DNA of 64,000 nucleotides from an uncultured Alphaproteobacteria bacterium (GCA_963819995.1 CAWFYR010000009.1:46600-110599), one strand, 5' to 3'; numbered from the stretch's first letter, positions 48,262 through 57,937 are shown. Program-made: numbers and translations. The notes: generated by a model from the sequence alone, not told the origin.

Positions 48262-49218
48262 CTATTCGTCGCGCAGTGGACGGGCGAGAAGCGCCTCCAT
48301 CGCGCCGGCCAGGGTGGTGGCGCCGTCGAGCACGTCCGCCACCGCCGCCGCGATCGGCAGTTCGACCCCGCTCGCGCGTCCAAGCTGACAGGCGGCGCGC
48401 GCCGTCGCAACCCCTTCGACCGTGCCGCCCGGGCGCCGCTCGCCGGCGCCCATCGCGCGGCCGAGCGCGAAGTTCCGCGACTGGCCCGAGTTGCAGGTCA
48501 GCGACAGATCGCCCAGTCCCGAAAGCCCCGTCAGGGTTTCCGGGCGGGCGCCCATCACCGCCGCCAGCCGGGTGATCTCGGCAAAGCCGCGGGTCATCAG
48601 CGCCGCCCGCGCGGAGGCCCCGAGCCCTGCCCCCTCGACCATGCCGCAGGCGATCGCCACCACGTTCTTGAGGGCGCCGCCGAGCTGCGCGCCCGTGACG
48701 TCGGTCGTCAGGTAGAGCCGCAGCCGCCGGGTCGAGAGACCTTCCTGCAACGTGCGTCCGGTCCGGGCATCCGCGCAGGCGAGCGTCAGCGCCGTCGGCA
48801 GCCCGCGCGCGATCTCGCTCGCGAAGCCCGGGCCGGTCAGCGCCGCCAGCGCGCGCCCGGGCGCGCGCAAGCTGGCGATCTCAGTCTGCAGCCGAAGTCC
48901 GTGCGCGTCGATCCCCTTGGCGCACAGCACCATGGGCGCGGCCGGCAGGCTCCGGGAGTAACCCTCCAGGAAGCCTTCGGTCGCCTGCGCCGGCAGCGCC
49001 AGCAGCAACGCCTCCGCACCGTCGAGTGCCGCGAGATCGGCGACGCACCGCACCTCCGGCGGCAACACCACGCCCGGCAGCCGTGCCGTCGCGCGCTCGG
49101 CTTCGGCCCTCGCCATCGCCGCCGCATCGCGGCCCCAGAGGCAGACCGGCCGTCCTTCCGCCGCCTGCGCCACCGCCAGCGCGCTGCCGAACGCACCCGC
49201 GCCGATCACCGCGATCAC
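48262..49218 (-). CDS. gpsA: NAD(P)H-dependent glycerol-3-phosphate dehydrogenase
   Basis: 318 aa from the GTG at 49218 (GTGA overlap with the tsaD stop). Contains [40 protein letters not shown] and GLGDLSLTC. Confidence 0.88.
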   Translation of the reverse strand: MIAVIGAGAFGSALAVAQAAEGRPVCLWGRDAAAMARAEAERATARLPGVVLPPEVRCVADLAALDGAEALLLALPAQATEGFLEGYSRSLPAAPMVLCAKGIDAHGLRLQTEIASLRAPGRALAALTGPGFASEIARGLPTALTLACADARTGRTLQEGLSTRRLRLYLTTDVTGAQLGGALKNVVAIACGMVEGAGLGASARAALMTRGFAEITRLAAVMGARPETLTGLSGLGDLSLTCNSGQSRNFALGRAMGAGERRPGGTVEGVATARAACQLGRASGVELPIAAAVADVLDGATTLAGAMEALLARPLRDE

Positions 49219-50318
49219 GCCTTGGCTCCCTTGCGCCCGGCGCCGAGCATCGGCGCTGCGGTCGCGTCGAGCGGCCAGCGCGGCCGGGCGGTCAGCCCCA
49301 GGCCGTCCGGCGCGCCCGCGGCCATCCGCTCCGCGGCCGCCCAGGCGATCATAGCACCATTGTCGGTGCAGAGCGCCAGCGGCGGCGCGGTGAAGCGAAA
49401 CCCTTCCCCGACCGCGACCGCCGCGAGCGCGGCGCGGATCGCCCGATTGGCCGCAACACCGCCCGCCACGGCCAGGACGAGCTCGCCATGGCCCGAGCTT
49501 TCCCTGAAGACCCGGCAGGCACGGCGGGTCTTCTCCGCCAGCACGTCCGCCACCGCGGCCTGGAAGCCCGCGCAAAGATCGGCCCGGTCGGCCCGGGTGA
49601 TGCCGCCTTGCGCCGCCACCAGCTTGTCGCGCGCCCGCCGGACGGCGGTCTTCAGCCCGGAGAACGACAGATCGCAGCCGTCGCGATCGAGGAGCGCCCG
49701 TGGAAAGGCGAAACGCCGCGGATCGCCGGCCAGCGCCGCCGCCTCGACCGCCGGCCCGCCCGGCTGGTCGAGCCCGAGGGCCTTCGCGACTTTGTCGAAG
49801 GCTTCGCCGGGCGCGTCGTCGATCGTGCCGCCGAGCCGGCTGAACCGCTCGGGACCGTCGACCGCCAGGAACTGGCAATGCCCGCCGGACACCAGCAGCA
49901 CGAGATAGGGAAACGCCACCGCCTCGACCAGCCGCGGCGTCAGCGCGTGCCCCGCCAGGTGGTTGACGCCCCAGAGCGGCAGCCCGCGGCCGGCGGCCAG
50001 TCCCTTCGCGAACATCACCCCGGCCAGCACGCCGCCGATCAGCCCCGGCCCGGCGGTGACCGCAAGCGCGTCGACGTCGTCGAGCCCGACCCCGGCCGCG
50101 GCCAGCGCCGCCGCCGTCACCTCGTCGAGCCGCTCGGCGTGCGCCCGGGCCGCGATCTCCGGCACCACGCCGCCGAATTCGCCGTGGAGCGCGTCCTGCC
50201 CCGCGACCTCCGAGGCCAGGATGGTCCCGACCGGCTCGCCGGGGCGCGCGCGGATCACCGCGACGGCGGTGTCGTCGCAGCTGCTCTCGATCCCGAGGAT
50301 CACGCGGTCGCGCTGCAC
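49215..50318 (-). CDS. tsaD: tRNA N6-adenosine threonylcarbamoyltransferase
   Basis: [39 protein letters not shown] and LVSGGHC. Start is the GTG at 50318 (GGAGAGG upstream) or the GTG at 50303. Confidence 0.9.
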   Translation of the reverse strand: MQRDRVILGIESSCDDTAVAVIRARPGEPVGTILASEVAGQDALHGEFGGVVPEIAARAHAERLDEVTAAALAAAGVGLDDVDALAVTAGPGLIGGVLAGVMFAKGLAAGRGLPLWGVNHLAGHALTPRLVEAVAFPYLVLLVSGGHCQFLAVDGPERFSRLGGTIDDAPGEAFDKVAKALGLDQPGGPAVEAAALAGDPRRFAFPRALLDRDGCDLSFSGLKTAVRRARDKLVAAQGGITRADRADLCAGFQAAVADVLAEKTRRACRVFRESSGHGELVLAVAGGVAANRAIRAALAAVAVGEGFRFTAPPLALCTDNGAMIAWAAAERMAAGAPDGLGLTARPRWPLDATAAPMLGAGRKGAKA

Positions 50319-50403
50319 TTCGCCTCTCCGATTGCGCCGGGCGCGGGGCGCAGGTAACACCGGCCCGGCCCCGGCGCAACGGCGGCCCCGCGACGGAGCC
50401 CGC

Positions 50404-51113
50404 ATGGCCAGCGCCCGGCCCCTGATCCTCACCCGCCCACAGGCCCAGTCCGAGGCGTTTGCGCGCGCGCTGGCAGAGCGCCTGCCGGGCCGGTTCGAGA
50501 CGATCATCGCGCCACTAATCGCCATCACGCCGCTTGCGACGCCCCTCGATCTCGCGGGCATCCAGGGCCTCGTCTTCACCTCGGCCAACGGGGTCGAGCA
50601 GTTTGCCGCCCGCACCGACGACCGCGCCCTGCCCGCGTTCTGCGTCGGCGCGATGACGGCCGATGCCGCGCGCCGGGCCGGGTTCACCGCCGCCTGCGCC
50701 GACGGCGACGTCGCGGCACTCGCAGCACTGGTCATCGCCGGCTTCCGCCCGGGGGCGGGGGATTTCCTCCACCTGCGCGGCCGTCACGCCGCGGGCGACC
50801 TCGTCGGCCGGCTTGCCGCGGCCGGGGTTCCCGCCCGCGCGGCCGAGCTCTACGACCAGCTCCCCTGTCCGCTGGCCGGGCCGGGCCGCGAACTTCTGGC
50901 AACGGGCCGCGCCGGCACCGTCGCCTTCTTCTCCCCCGCTCGGCGCGGCTCTTCAGCGCAGAGGCGCGTGCGGCGGGGTGGCCGCTCGGCGCGCTCACCG
51001 CGGTGTCGCTGAGCGCCGCCACCGATGCCGAACTCGATTCCGCCTTTGGCAACCGGCTGATCGCCGGGACCCCGACCCGTGCAGGCATGATCGAGGCTCT
51101 GGCCGCCTCCTGA
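50404..51113 (+). pseudogene. hemD: Uroporphyrinogen-III synthase, reading frame broken by a -1 shift in a C5 run (50933-50937)
   Basis: ATG at 50404 ([20 protein letters not shown]...[12 protein letters not shown]...). After ..TVAFFSP the annotated frame gives Arg-rich nonsense ending at 51012. The frame one nt back reads SARLFSAEARAAGWPLGALTAVSLSAATDAEL...GMIEALAAS*, a typical HemD C-terminus. The length of 710 nt is not divisible by 3. Confidence 0.7.
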
Positions 51114-51221
51114 TCAAACAGCCGCTTGACGCGCTCGTCAGCCCCGGCCATCGGCTTGTTCCTCCAAAACGCTTGCCCTAGTATCGCTTTCGCGCCGCAC
51201 ACCCGAACGGGACGAGGACCG

Positions 51222-52706
51222 ATGCCGAACAGGAAATCCGACGCGACGCCAGACGGAGAGCCGTCGCCGGACGCCACCGAACCGGACGCGCAGACCTCCC
51301 CCGAGGCCGTTTCGGCGTCCGGTTCGTCCGACGAGCCGCTGCCCGCCCCGGGCGCAGAGTCCGAGACACCCGATCCCAAGCCTCATACCGACGAGCCGCA
51401 GTCCATCGAGACCGTCACCGTCGATGCGGCACCTGCGGCCGAATCGACCCTCGTGGCGGAAGGCGTTGCTCACGAGAACACCCCCGTGGCTGCCGCTCAC
51501 GAGGAGCCCGCTGCGGTGCGCGAGGACCCCTCCGACGAGAGCAGTGACGAAGACGGCGGCTGGTCGTTTGCAGCGCGCGCGCTGACGCTGCTTCTGGTGC
51601 TGATCGCCGGCGCCGCCCTCGGCATCTGGGGCGCACCCAAGCTCGTGCCGCTTCTTCCCTCGGGCCTGGCGCCCGTGGCCGACTGGCTCGAGCCGGGCCG
51701 CAAGGACACCGAAGCCGAGATCGCCGCCCTGCAGACCCGCGTCGACGAGGACCTCGGCACCGTGAACGCCCAGCTTGCGGACCTCTCCGCCGGCGATGAC
51801 GTCGACGCCAGGATCAAGGCGGCCGTCGACGCCGCGGAGACGCGCGTGTCTGCCGACATCGGCGCCTTGCAGGAATCGGTGGGTCAGCTCGACGGCGCCG
51901 AGACCCGGCAGCGGCTGGACCGGCTGCAATCGACCGTGGACGGCCAAGGCGCCGAACTCGACACGCTGAAGCAGCAGCTTTCCGGGGCAAACGCCGCGAG
52001 CGGCCAGCTCAGTGACGAAGCCGCCAAGAAGATCGACGTTTATCGGGCCGAACTCGACGGGGTGAAGGCCCAGGTCGCCTCGCTCCAGGACAAGGTCGGC
52101 GCGCTCGGCGCCCGGATCGACGAGGTCTCGGCCAACGCCGACAAGCAGATCGAGACCGCGAAGGCCCAGGCGACCGAGGTCCAGACCAAGGCCGAGACCG
52201 CCCGCAACGCCGCCGAGCTCCAGTCCGACGTCGCGCTGATCCGCGCCGCGCTGGCCAGCGGCCAGCCTTTCGCCGATCCGTTGCAGAAGCTCGCCGCCGA
52301 TCCCGACGTCAAAGTGCCCGATGGCCTCAGCGCCGCCGCCTCGACCGGCGTCGCCACGATGGCCTCGCTCAGGGACCGCTTCCCCGATGCCGCGCATGCG
52401 GCGATCCAGTCCAGCATCCTCGCGAGCGCCGGCGATGGCGTCGTCGCCCGCTCGAAGGCGTTTCTCGCCGCCCAGATGGCCAGCCGCTCGCTGACGCCGC
52501 AGGAGGGAACCAGTCCCGACGCGGTGCTGTCGCGGATGGAGGAAAAGCTGCGCAACGACGATCTTGACGGCGCGCTGGCCGAAGCCGCAGCACTTCCCTC
52601 CGAAGCGACCGCGGCAATGAGCGGCTGGCTCGAGGCGGCGAAGACGCGCGCGGCGGCCGTCGACGGACTGGCCGCGCTCGACGCCGCCGTCCCGGCAACC
52701 AACTGA
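51222..52706 (+). CDS. Alphaproteobacterial Mic60/mitofilin-like membrane protein
   Basis: From the ATG at 51222: an acidic low-complexity N-terminus, one TM (WSFAARALTLLLVLIAGAALGIWGAP), a long coiled coil, and a C-terminal mitofilin-like segment (VLSRMEEKLRNDDLDGALAEAAALPSEATAAMSGWLEAAKTRAAA). Conserved position between hemD and a hemY-like gene. Confidence 0.7.
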   Translation: MPNRKSDATPDGEPSPDATEPDAQTSPEAVSASGSSDEPLPAPGAESETPDPKPHTDEPQSIETVTVDAAPAAESTLVAEGVAHENTPVAAAHEEPAAVREDPSDESSDEDGGWSFAARALTLLLVLIAGAALGIWGAPKLVPLLPSGLAPVADWLEPGRKDTEAEIAALQTRVDEDLGTVNAQLADLSAGDDVDARIKAAVDAAETRVSADIGALQESVGQLDGAETRQRLDRLQSTVDGQGAELDTLKQQLSGANAASGQLSDEAAKKIDVYRAELDGVKAQVASLQDKVGALGARIDEVSANADKQIETAKAQATEVQTKAETARNAAELQSDVALIRAALASGQPFADPLQKLAADPDVKVPDGLSAAASTGVATMASLRDRFPDAAHAAIQSSILASAGDGVVARSKAFLAAQMASRSLTPQEGTSPDAVLSRMEEKLRNDDLDGALAEAAALPSEATAAMSGWLEAAKTRAAAVDGLAALDAAVPATN

Positions 52707-52719
52707 CGGGAGGCGTGCG

Positions 52720-54210
52720 ATGCTCTGGTCGATCCTGAAGATCCTACTCTTCATCGCGCTCGCCGCGGCGCTGGCCTTCGGCGCGTCGTGGATCCTCGAG
52801 ACGCCGGGCGAGGTCCGCATCGCCTTCGACGGCCGCGAGTTCTTCGTCTCGCCGATCGGCTTCATCATCGGCATCGTCGTGCTGATCGGGCTGGCGCTGA
52901 TCCTGCTCAAGCTGATCGGCTTTCTCGGCGCGGTGCTGCGCTTCCTGCTCGGCGACGAGACGGCCGTCAGCCGCTACTTCTCGCGCAACCGCGAGCGGCG
53001 CGGTTTCGACGCGCTGTCCGATGGCATGGTGGCTCTGGCCGCGGGCGATTCGCGGCTCGCGATGCGCAAGGCGCAGCGCGCGGAGAAGCTGCTCCAGCGC
53101 CCCGACGTCACCCGGCTCCTCAGCGCCCAGGCGGCCGAGCTGGGCGGCGACAAGTCCAAGGCCTTCGGCTACTACAAGGATATGCTGGCCAACGACCGCA
53201 CCCGCTTCGTCGGCGTGCAGGGCCTGATGCGGCAGAAGCTCGAGGAAGGCGACACCGACACCGCGATGGCGCTCTCCAAGAAGGCCTTCGGCCTGCGCCC
53301 CGACAACGAGCGCAACCTGCGGACCCTGTTCGATCTGCAGTCCAAGGCGCAGGACTGGTCCGGCGCGCGCGAGACGCTCAACGCCTCGATGCATGCGCGG
53401 CTGCTGCCCCGCGACGTCGGGACACGCCGCGACGCCGTGCTGTCGCTGGCCGACGCCCGCGCCGCGCTCGCCGCCGGCAACGACGCCCGCGGCAACGAGG
53501 CGGCGCTCCAGGCGAACCGTCTCGCGCCGACGCTCGTGCCCGCCGCGGCGCTCGCGGCGCGGGTGCATGCCGGCAACGGCGCCAAGCGCAAGGCCACCAG
53601 GATCCTGACGTCGGCCTGGGCCGTCACCCCGCACCCCGACCTCGCCGCGGCGTTCGCCGCGATCGATCCCGACGAGAGCCCCGCGGCACGGCGCAAGCGC
53701 TTCGCCACGCTGATCGCGGCCAATCCCGGCCACGTCGAGAGCCGCCTGCTCGAGGTCGAGCTGGCGCTGGCGGCCGAGGATTTCCCCGCCGCCCGCAAGG
53801 CGCTCGGCGATCTCGCCGAGACCGAGCCCACCACCCGCAGCCTCCTGCTCAAGGCGGCGGTCGAGCGCGGCCAGGGCGCGCCGGATGCGGTTGTCAGCGG
53901 CTTCCTGACCAAGGCTGCCCTCGCCTCGCACGGACCGCAGTGGGTGTGCGGCAACTGCAACCACGTCCATGCCTCCTGGCAGCCGGTCTGCGAGAACTGC
54001 GGCGCGTTCGACACGCTCGACTGGCGGACGCCCCCCCACGTGGAGACGGTGGGGCTGGCCGAATCGGCCATGCTGCCGCTGATCATCAGGACGCCCGAGC
54101 CGGCCCGGCCGATCGAGCCGGAGCCCCCGGCCAAGGCGCCGAAGCGCGACGTCGACGACGCCGAGCTTGCCAGCGCCGCCGACCAGGCCAGGGTGGCGGG
54201 CGGCAATTAA
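52720..54210 (+). CDS. HemY-like TPR membrane protein (HemY_N domain) with C-terminal zinc ribbon
   Basis: 496 aa with two N-terminal TM segments (ILKILLFIALAAALAFG; FIIGIVVLIGLALILL), TPR-like repeats, and CGNCNHVHASWQPVCENCGAFD. Confidence 0.8.
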   Translation: MLWSILKILLFIALAAALAFGASWILETPGEVRIAFDGREFFVSPIGFIIGIVVLIGLALILLKLIGFLGAVLRFLLGDETAVSRYFSRNRERRGFDALSDGMVALAAGDSRLAMRKAQRAEKLLQRPDVTRLLSAQAAELGGDKSKAFGYYKDMLANDRTRFVGVQGLMRQKLEEGDTDTAMALSKKAFGLRPDNERNLRTLFDLQSKAQDWSGARETLNASMHARLLPRDVGTRRDAVLSLADARAALAAGNDARGNEAALQANRLAPTLVPAAALAARVHAGNGAKRKATRILTSAWAVTPHPDLAAAFAAIDPDESPAARRKRFATLIAANPGHVESRLLEVELALAAEDFPAARKALGDLAETEPTTRSLLLKAAVERGQGAPDAVVSGFLTKAALASHGPQWVCGNCNHVHASWQPVCENCGAFDTLDWRTPPHVETVGLAESAMLPLIIRTPEPARPIEPEPPAKAPKRDVDDAELASAADQARVAGGN

Positions 54211-54294
54211 CCCGATGTTATCGGCCGTCTGCGATGACGGTCTCCGGTGGTTGGGGATCGTCTGGATCCCTCGGCGGGGATCGGGGGCGAGCTC

Positions 54295-55617
54295 ATGTCA
54301 TTGGCGGCGCTGCGGCAATGGACCATGGAGGAAAGGCGACCGGACCCCGGGCGCCTCGACCCGATCACGCTGCTGCCGAACCGCCGGCAGTACCATTCCG
54401 ACAGCGCGCTCTGGGGCAACAGCCGGGCCACGCTCGTGCTCATCACCTTGGCCGACGCGCAGTCGTTCAACGAGATCCTCCGGGTGCTCGGCCATGCCCG
54501 CTCGGACGCCTTCATCCGCGCCGGCGCCGAGCGGCTCAAGGACATCCTCGGCATCGGGACGGCGATCTACCACGTCAGCATCCTGAGCTTCGCTTTCCGG
54601 CTGCCCGGCAGCGCCGAGCCCGATGCGCCGGCAATGATCGACCGGATCATCGCTGCCTTCCGCCAGCCGATCCTCTGCGACGACGTTCCGATCGACGCGC
54701 GGATCGGGATCGGCCTCAAGGCGGTCGGCCGCGCCGGCGGCAGCCCCGGCGAGGACCTGCGCGCCTCGCTCTCCGCGGCGCAGGACAGCCGCAGCTCGCC
54801 AGCCGGCTGGTCCTGGTTCGACCACAAGCGGGACGAGGCGCACCGCCGCGCGTTCCGGCTGCTGTCCGACCTCAAGCAAGCGCTCGACGCCGAGGACCAG
54901 CTCGAGCTGCACTACCAGCCCAAGGTCACCCTCGCGTCGGGGGCCTGCATCAGCGCCGAGGCGCTGCTGCGCTGGACCCATCCCCAGCTCGGCCCGATCT
55001 CGCCCGGCGAGTTCGTCGTGCTGGCCGAAACGACCGCGCTCGTGACGCCGATGACCCGCTGGGTCATCGACGCCGCGACGCGCCAGGCGGCGATCTGGGC
55101 GCGCGACGGCGTCGACATGACCCTCGCGGTCAACATCTCGCCCAAGAACCTCGAGGAGCCGGACTTCGTCGAGTACCTGCTCTTCTGCTGTGCCGCCCGC
55201 AACCTCGACCGGGCCCGCATCGAGCTCGAGATCACCGAAGGCGTCAGCGCGGCCCGCGGCGGGCTGATCCTCGAGCGGCTCGCGGTGCTGCGCAAGCTGG
55301 GGTTCTCCATCGCCATCGACGACTTCGGCTCGGGCTACAGCAACATGAGCTACCTGACCCGACTGTCGGCGCACACGCTCAAGATCGACCAGAGCCTGGT
55401 GCGCGGGGTGCAGGCCAACACGCTCGGCGGGCGGCTGGTGTCGAACATCGTGCAGATGGGCCGCGACCTCGGCTACCGCGTCGTCGCCGAAGGCATCGAG
55501 ACCGAGGACGAGCGCGCGCTCCTCACCACGTGGGGCTGCGACTACGGACAGGGCTGGCACTTCGGCCGGCCGATGTCCGCATCGGCCTTCGGCGACTGGC
55601 TCACGTCGCAGAAGTAG
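54295..55617 (+). CDS. c-di-GMP phosphodiesterase: degenerate GGDEF domain + EAL domain
   Basis: From the ATG at 54295. EAL-domain motifs are intact (AEALLRW, NISPKNL, ELEITE, DDFGSGYS, KIDQS, EGIETE). SILSF stands where GGDEF is expected. Confidence 0.8.
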   Translation: MSLAALRQWTMEERRPDPGRLDPITLLPNRRQYHSDSALWGNSRATLVLITLADAQSFNEILRVLGHARSDAFIRAGAERLKDILGIGTAIYHVSILSFAFRLPGSAEPDAPAMIDRIIAAFRQPILCDDVPIDARIGIGLKAVGRAGGSPGEDLRASLSAAQDSRSSPAGWSWFDHKRDEAHRRAFRLLSDLKQALDAEDQLELHYQPKVTLASGACISAEALLRWTHPQLGPISPGEFVVLAETTALVTPMTRWVIDAATRQAAIWARDGVDMTLAVNISPKNLEEPDFVEYLLFCCAARNLDRARIELEITEGVSAARGGLILERLAVLRKLGFSIAIDDFGSGYSNMSYLTRLSAHTLKIDQSLVRGVQANTLGGRLVSNIVQMGRDLGYRVVAEGIETEDERALLTTWGCDYGQGWHFGRPMSASAFGDWLTSQK

Positions 55618-55645
55618 GGCGGCCGCACCCCGGCCGCCCTCGCCT

Positions 55646-56128
55646 TCAGAGCCCCTGCGCCACCGCTTCGAGCTGGTCGGCGCACGTGTTCCAACCAACC
55701 TCGAAGCCCATGGCGGCATGTTCGTCGCGGGCCTGCCGGGTCCAGTGCCGGGCGCGCGCGATGTAGCGCGTGCCGCCATCCTCGTCCGCAAGGGTCAGGA
55801 TGCCGGTGAAGAACGGCCGCTCCGAGGGCTCCCAGGCGCGGGTGTAGGCGTCGGTGAAGACCAGCCGCTCGCCCGGCACCACCTCGAGATACACCCCGAG
55901 GTTGGGAAACTCCTGCCCCTCCGGGCTGCGCATCACGATCCGGCTGGCGCCGCCGGGGCGCAGGTCCATCGCCGCCTCGGGCGTGGTCCAGGGCGCGGGG
56001 GCGAACCAGCGCTTCAGCAGCTCCGGCTCGGTCCAGCACCGCCAGACCGCCGCGCGCGGCGCGCGCAGCAGCCGCGATATCTGCAGGTCGCGCCCGGCAG
56101 CCTCCGGGGTATCGAGGACAGGGGTCAT
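55646..56128 (-). CDS. SRPBCC / AHSA1-like ligand-binding protein
   Basis: 160 aa with ISRLLRAPRAAVWRCWTEPELLKRWFAP and GVYLEVVPGERLVFT. Confidence 0.75.
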   Translation of the reverse strand: MTPVLDTPEAAGRDLQISRLLRAPRAAVWRCWTEPELLKRWFAPAPWTTPEAAMDLRPGGASRIVMRSPEGQEFPNLGVYLEVVPGERLVFTDAYTRAWEPSERPFFTGILTLADEDGGTRYIARARHWTRQARDEHAAMGFEVGWNTCADQLEAVAQGL

Positions 56129-56138
56129 GGGCCTCTCC

Positions 56139-56555
56139 TCAGCCCGCGGCCGGCTCGTCGATCGACCAGCTCAGCCCGAAGGGATCGGTCAGCATACCCC
56201 AGCGATCGCCCCAGAACATCGTCTCGAACGGCATGCACACGGTGCACCCCGCCGCGATGGCGCGGTCCCACCACAGGTCGCCGTCCTCGACGACGAGCTG
56301 CAGGTGGAAGCCCTGCGGCGTCACGACCGGCGTGTCGGGCGGGCTCATGTCCGACATCATCACCGCGCCGCCGTTGATCTCGACCTGGCAGTGCATCAGC
56401 CGCGAGGGGTCGCCTTCCGTCGGCATCCGGCCGGTCTCGCGCGCGCCGAACGCCCGGACGTAGAAGTCCGCCGCCTCGCCCGCCTTGCCGTTCATCCCGA
56501 TGTAGGGGATCACCCCCTTCATCGCACGCGTCGCGAATTGCTGGTCCTCAGGCAT
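56139..56555 (-). CDS. VOC / PhnB-like family protein
   Basis: 138 aa from the ATG at 56555 (GGGAGGA RBS) with IPYIGMNGKAGEAADFYVRAFGA and MFWGDRWGMLTDPFGLSWSI. Confidence 0.7.
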   Translation of the reverse strand: MPEDQQFATRAMKGVIPYIGMNGKAGEAADFYVRAFGARETGRMPTEGDPSRLMHCQVEINGGAVMMSDMSPPDTPVVTPQGFHLQLVVEDGDLWWDRAIAAGCTVCMPFETMFWGDRWGMLTDPFGLSWSIDEPAAG

Positions 56556-57019
56556 CGTTTTCCTCCCAGGCTTCCGGTTGAAGGTCGATGGCGGCGCGGT
56601 CGCTGCCGTCCATGTAGAAGGGCACCGAGACATGGTCGTGGACGATCCGCCACCCGTCCGCGGTCCGCTCCAGCACCGTCGTCAGCCGCGCCCACCAGGC
56701 AGCGGGCGCCCCGCCCCTCGTCGCGGCGGTGTGCAGCAGCCCATGGCAGACCGCGAGATCGCCGCTGGTGACGATCCGAAGGTCTCGCGTCGTCGATTTC
56801 GATCGGGCCGTCCCAGCCGTCCATCCATTGCTGCAGCGCGGCCGCGCTCGGGCCGGGATGGCGCAGCGGCGGCGCGAGATCGGCGAGCCGGGCGTCCGGC
56901 GCGAAGTGGCGGTTCACCGCCTCGGCGTCGCGGGCGCGAAACCCGTCGGCGATGGCATCGAGAACGGCGCGCACCGCGTCCGCGTCGCTCGTCCTCGCCT
57001 TCACCTCCGCGCCGCTCAC
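56548..57019 (-). pseudogene. SnoaL/NTF2-like (DUF4440-type) protein, frame broken near 56781-56789
   Basis: GTG at 57019 (GTGA overlap with the upstream stop): VSGAEVKARTSDADAVRAVLDAIADGFRARDAEAV...WDGPIEIDDA. The plausible continuation LRIVTSGDLAVCHGLLHTAATRGGAPAAWWARLTTVLERTADGWRIVHDHVSVPFYMDGS...ENDA* is in the +1 frame. The length of 472 nt is not divisible by 3. Confidence 0.55.
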
Positions 57020-57927
57020 GACGGCACCGTCTCGCCGACGAAGGCGCGCTCGAGGGTTGCGAGGTCGAGCTTCTTCATCGGCATGAAGGCGGCCACGACC
57101 CGCTCGATCGCCGCCGGGTCGCCGGAGCCCATCATCGCCCCGAGCCGTCGCGGCACGATCTGCCACGAGACGCCGAAGCGGTCCTTGAGCCAGCCGCAGG
57201 CCTCGGCCTCCGGCACGGCCGAGAGCCCCGCCCAGAGCCGGTCGATCTCCGCCTGGTCCTCGCAGTTGACGATCAGCGACAGCGCCTCGGTGAACGGGGC
57301 GTCGGCCTCGACGCTGTCCATCGCCATGATCGCCTGGCCGTCGATGCGGAACTGGGCATGCATGACCGTGCCGGCGGCGTCCTTGCGGCTGCCGTCGTGG
57401 CGCCTGATCCCGTCGACGGTGGCCCCCGGAAAGACCGAGGTGTAGTGCTCGATCGCCGCCTCGGCGCGTCCCGCGGCTTCGCCGGCGAAGAGCAGCGACG
57501 GCGTCACCGTGCGGCCGACGTCGGCATGCGCGCCGAGCCCGATCTGCCAGTTGAGGCCCCAGCGGTCCGAGAGCCACCCGTACTTCTGGCTCCAGGGATA
57601 GGCGTCGAGCGGCATCAGCGCCGTGCCGCCGTCGATGAGCCCCTGCCAGAGGCGGTCGACCGCCGCCTCGTCCTCGAGGATGGCGAAGAGCGACACCGCC
57701 GGAGTGAACCTGAAGAGCGGGCCGCCGTTCAGCGCCAGCAGCGACGTGTCGCCGAGCCGGAAGTCCACGTTCATCACCGAACCGGGCGTGCGGCCATGCA
57801 CTTCCTTGCCGGCCTCGGGATACCGCACGATAGAGCCGATCTCCGAACCCGGGATCAGGTCCACATAGCGCCTGACCGCGGTCTCGGCCTCGGTGTCGTA
57901 CCAGAGATTGGGAACGATCTTCTGCAT
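57016..57927 (-). CDS. Tandem PhnB-like (3-demethylubiquinone-9 3-methyltransferase-fold, VOC superfamily) protein
   Basis: 303 aa with two repeats of the family signature (IVPNLWYD...AVRRYVDLIPGS...YGWLSDRWGLNWQI and VTPSLLFAG...AIEHYTSVFPG...CGWLKDRFGVSWQI). GAGGAGG RBS. Confidence 0.7.
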   Translation of the reverse strand: MQKIVPNLWYDTEAETAVRRYVDLIPGSEIGSIVRYPEAGKEVHGRTPGSVMNVDFRLGDTSLLALNGGPLFRFTPAVSLFAILEDEAAVDRLWQGLIDGGTALMPLDAYPWSQKYGWLSDRWGLNWQIGLGAHADVGRTVTPSLLFAGEAAGRAEAAIEHYTSVFPGATVDGIRRHDGSRKDAAGTVMHAQFRIDGQAIMAMDSVEADAPFTEALSLIVNCEDQAEIDRLWAGLSAVPEAEACGWLKDRFGVSWQIVPRRLGAMMGSGDPAAIERVVAAFMPMKKLDLATLERAFVGETVPS

Positions 57928-57937
57928 GTCTGCCTCC

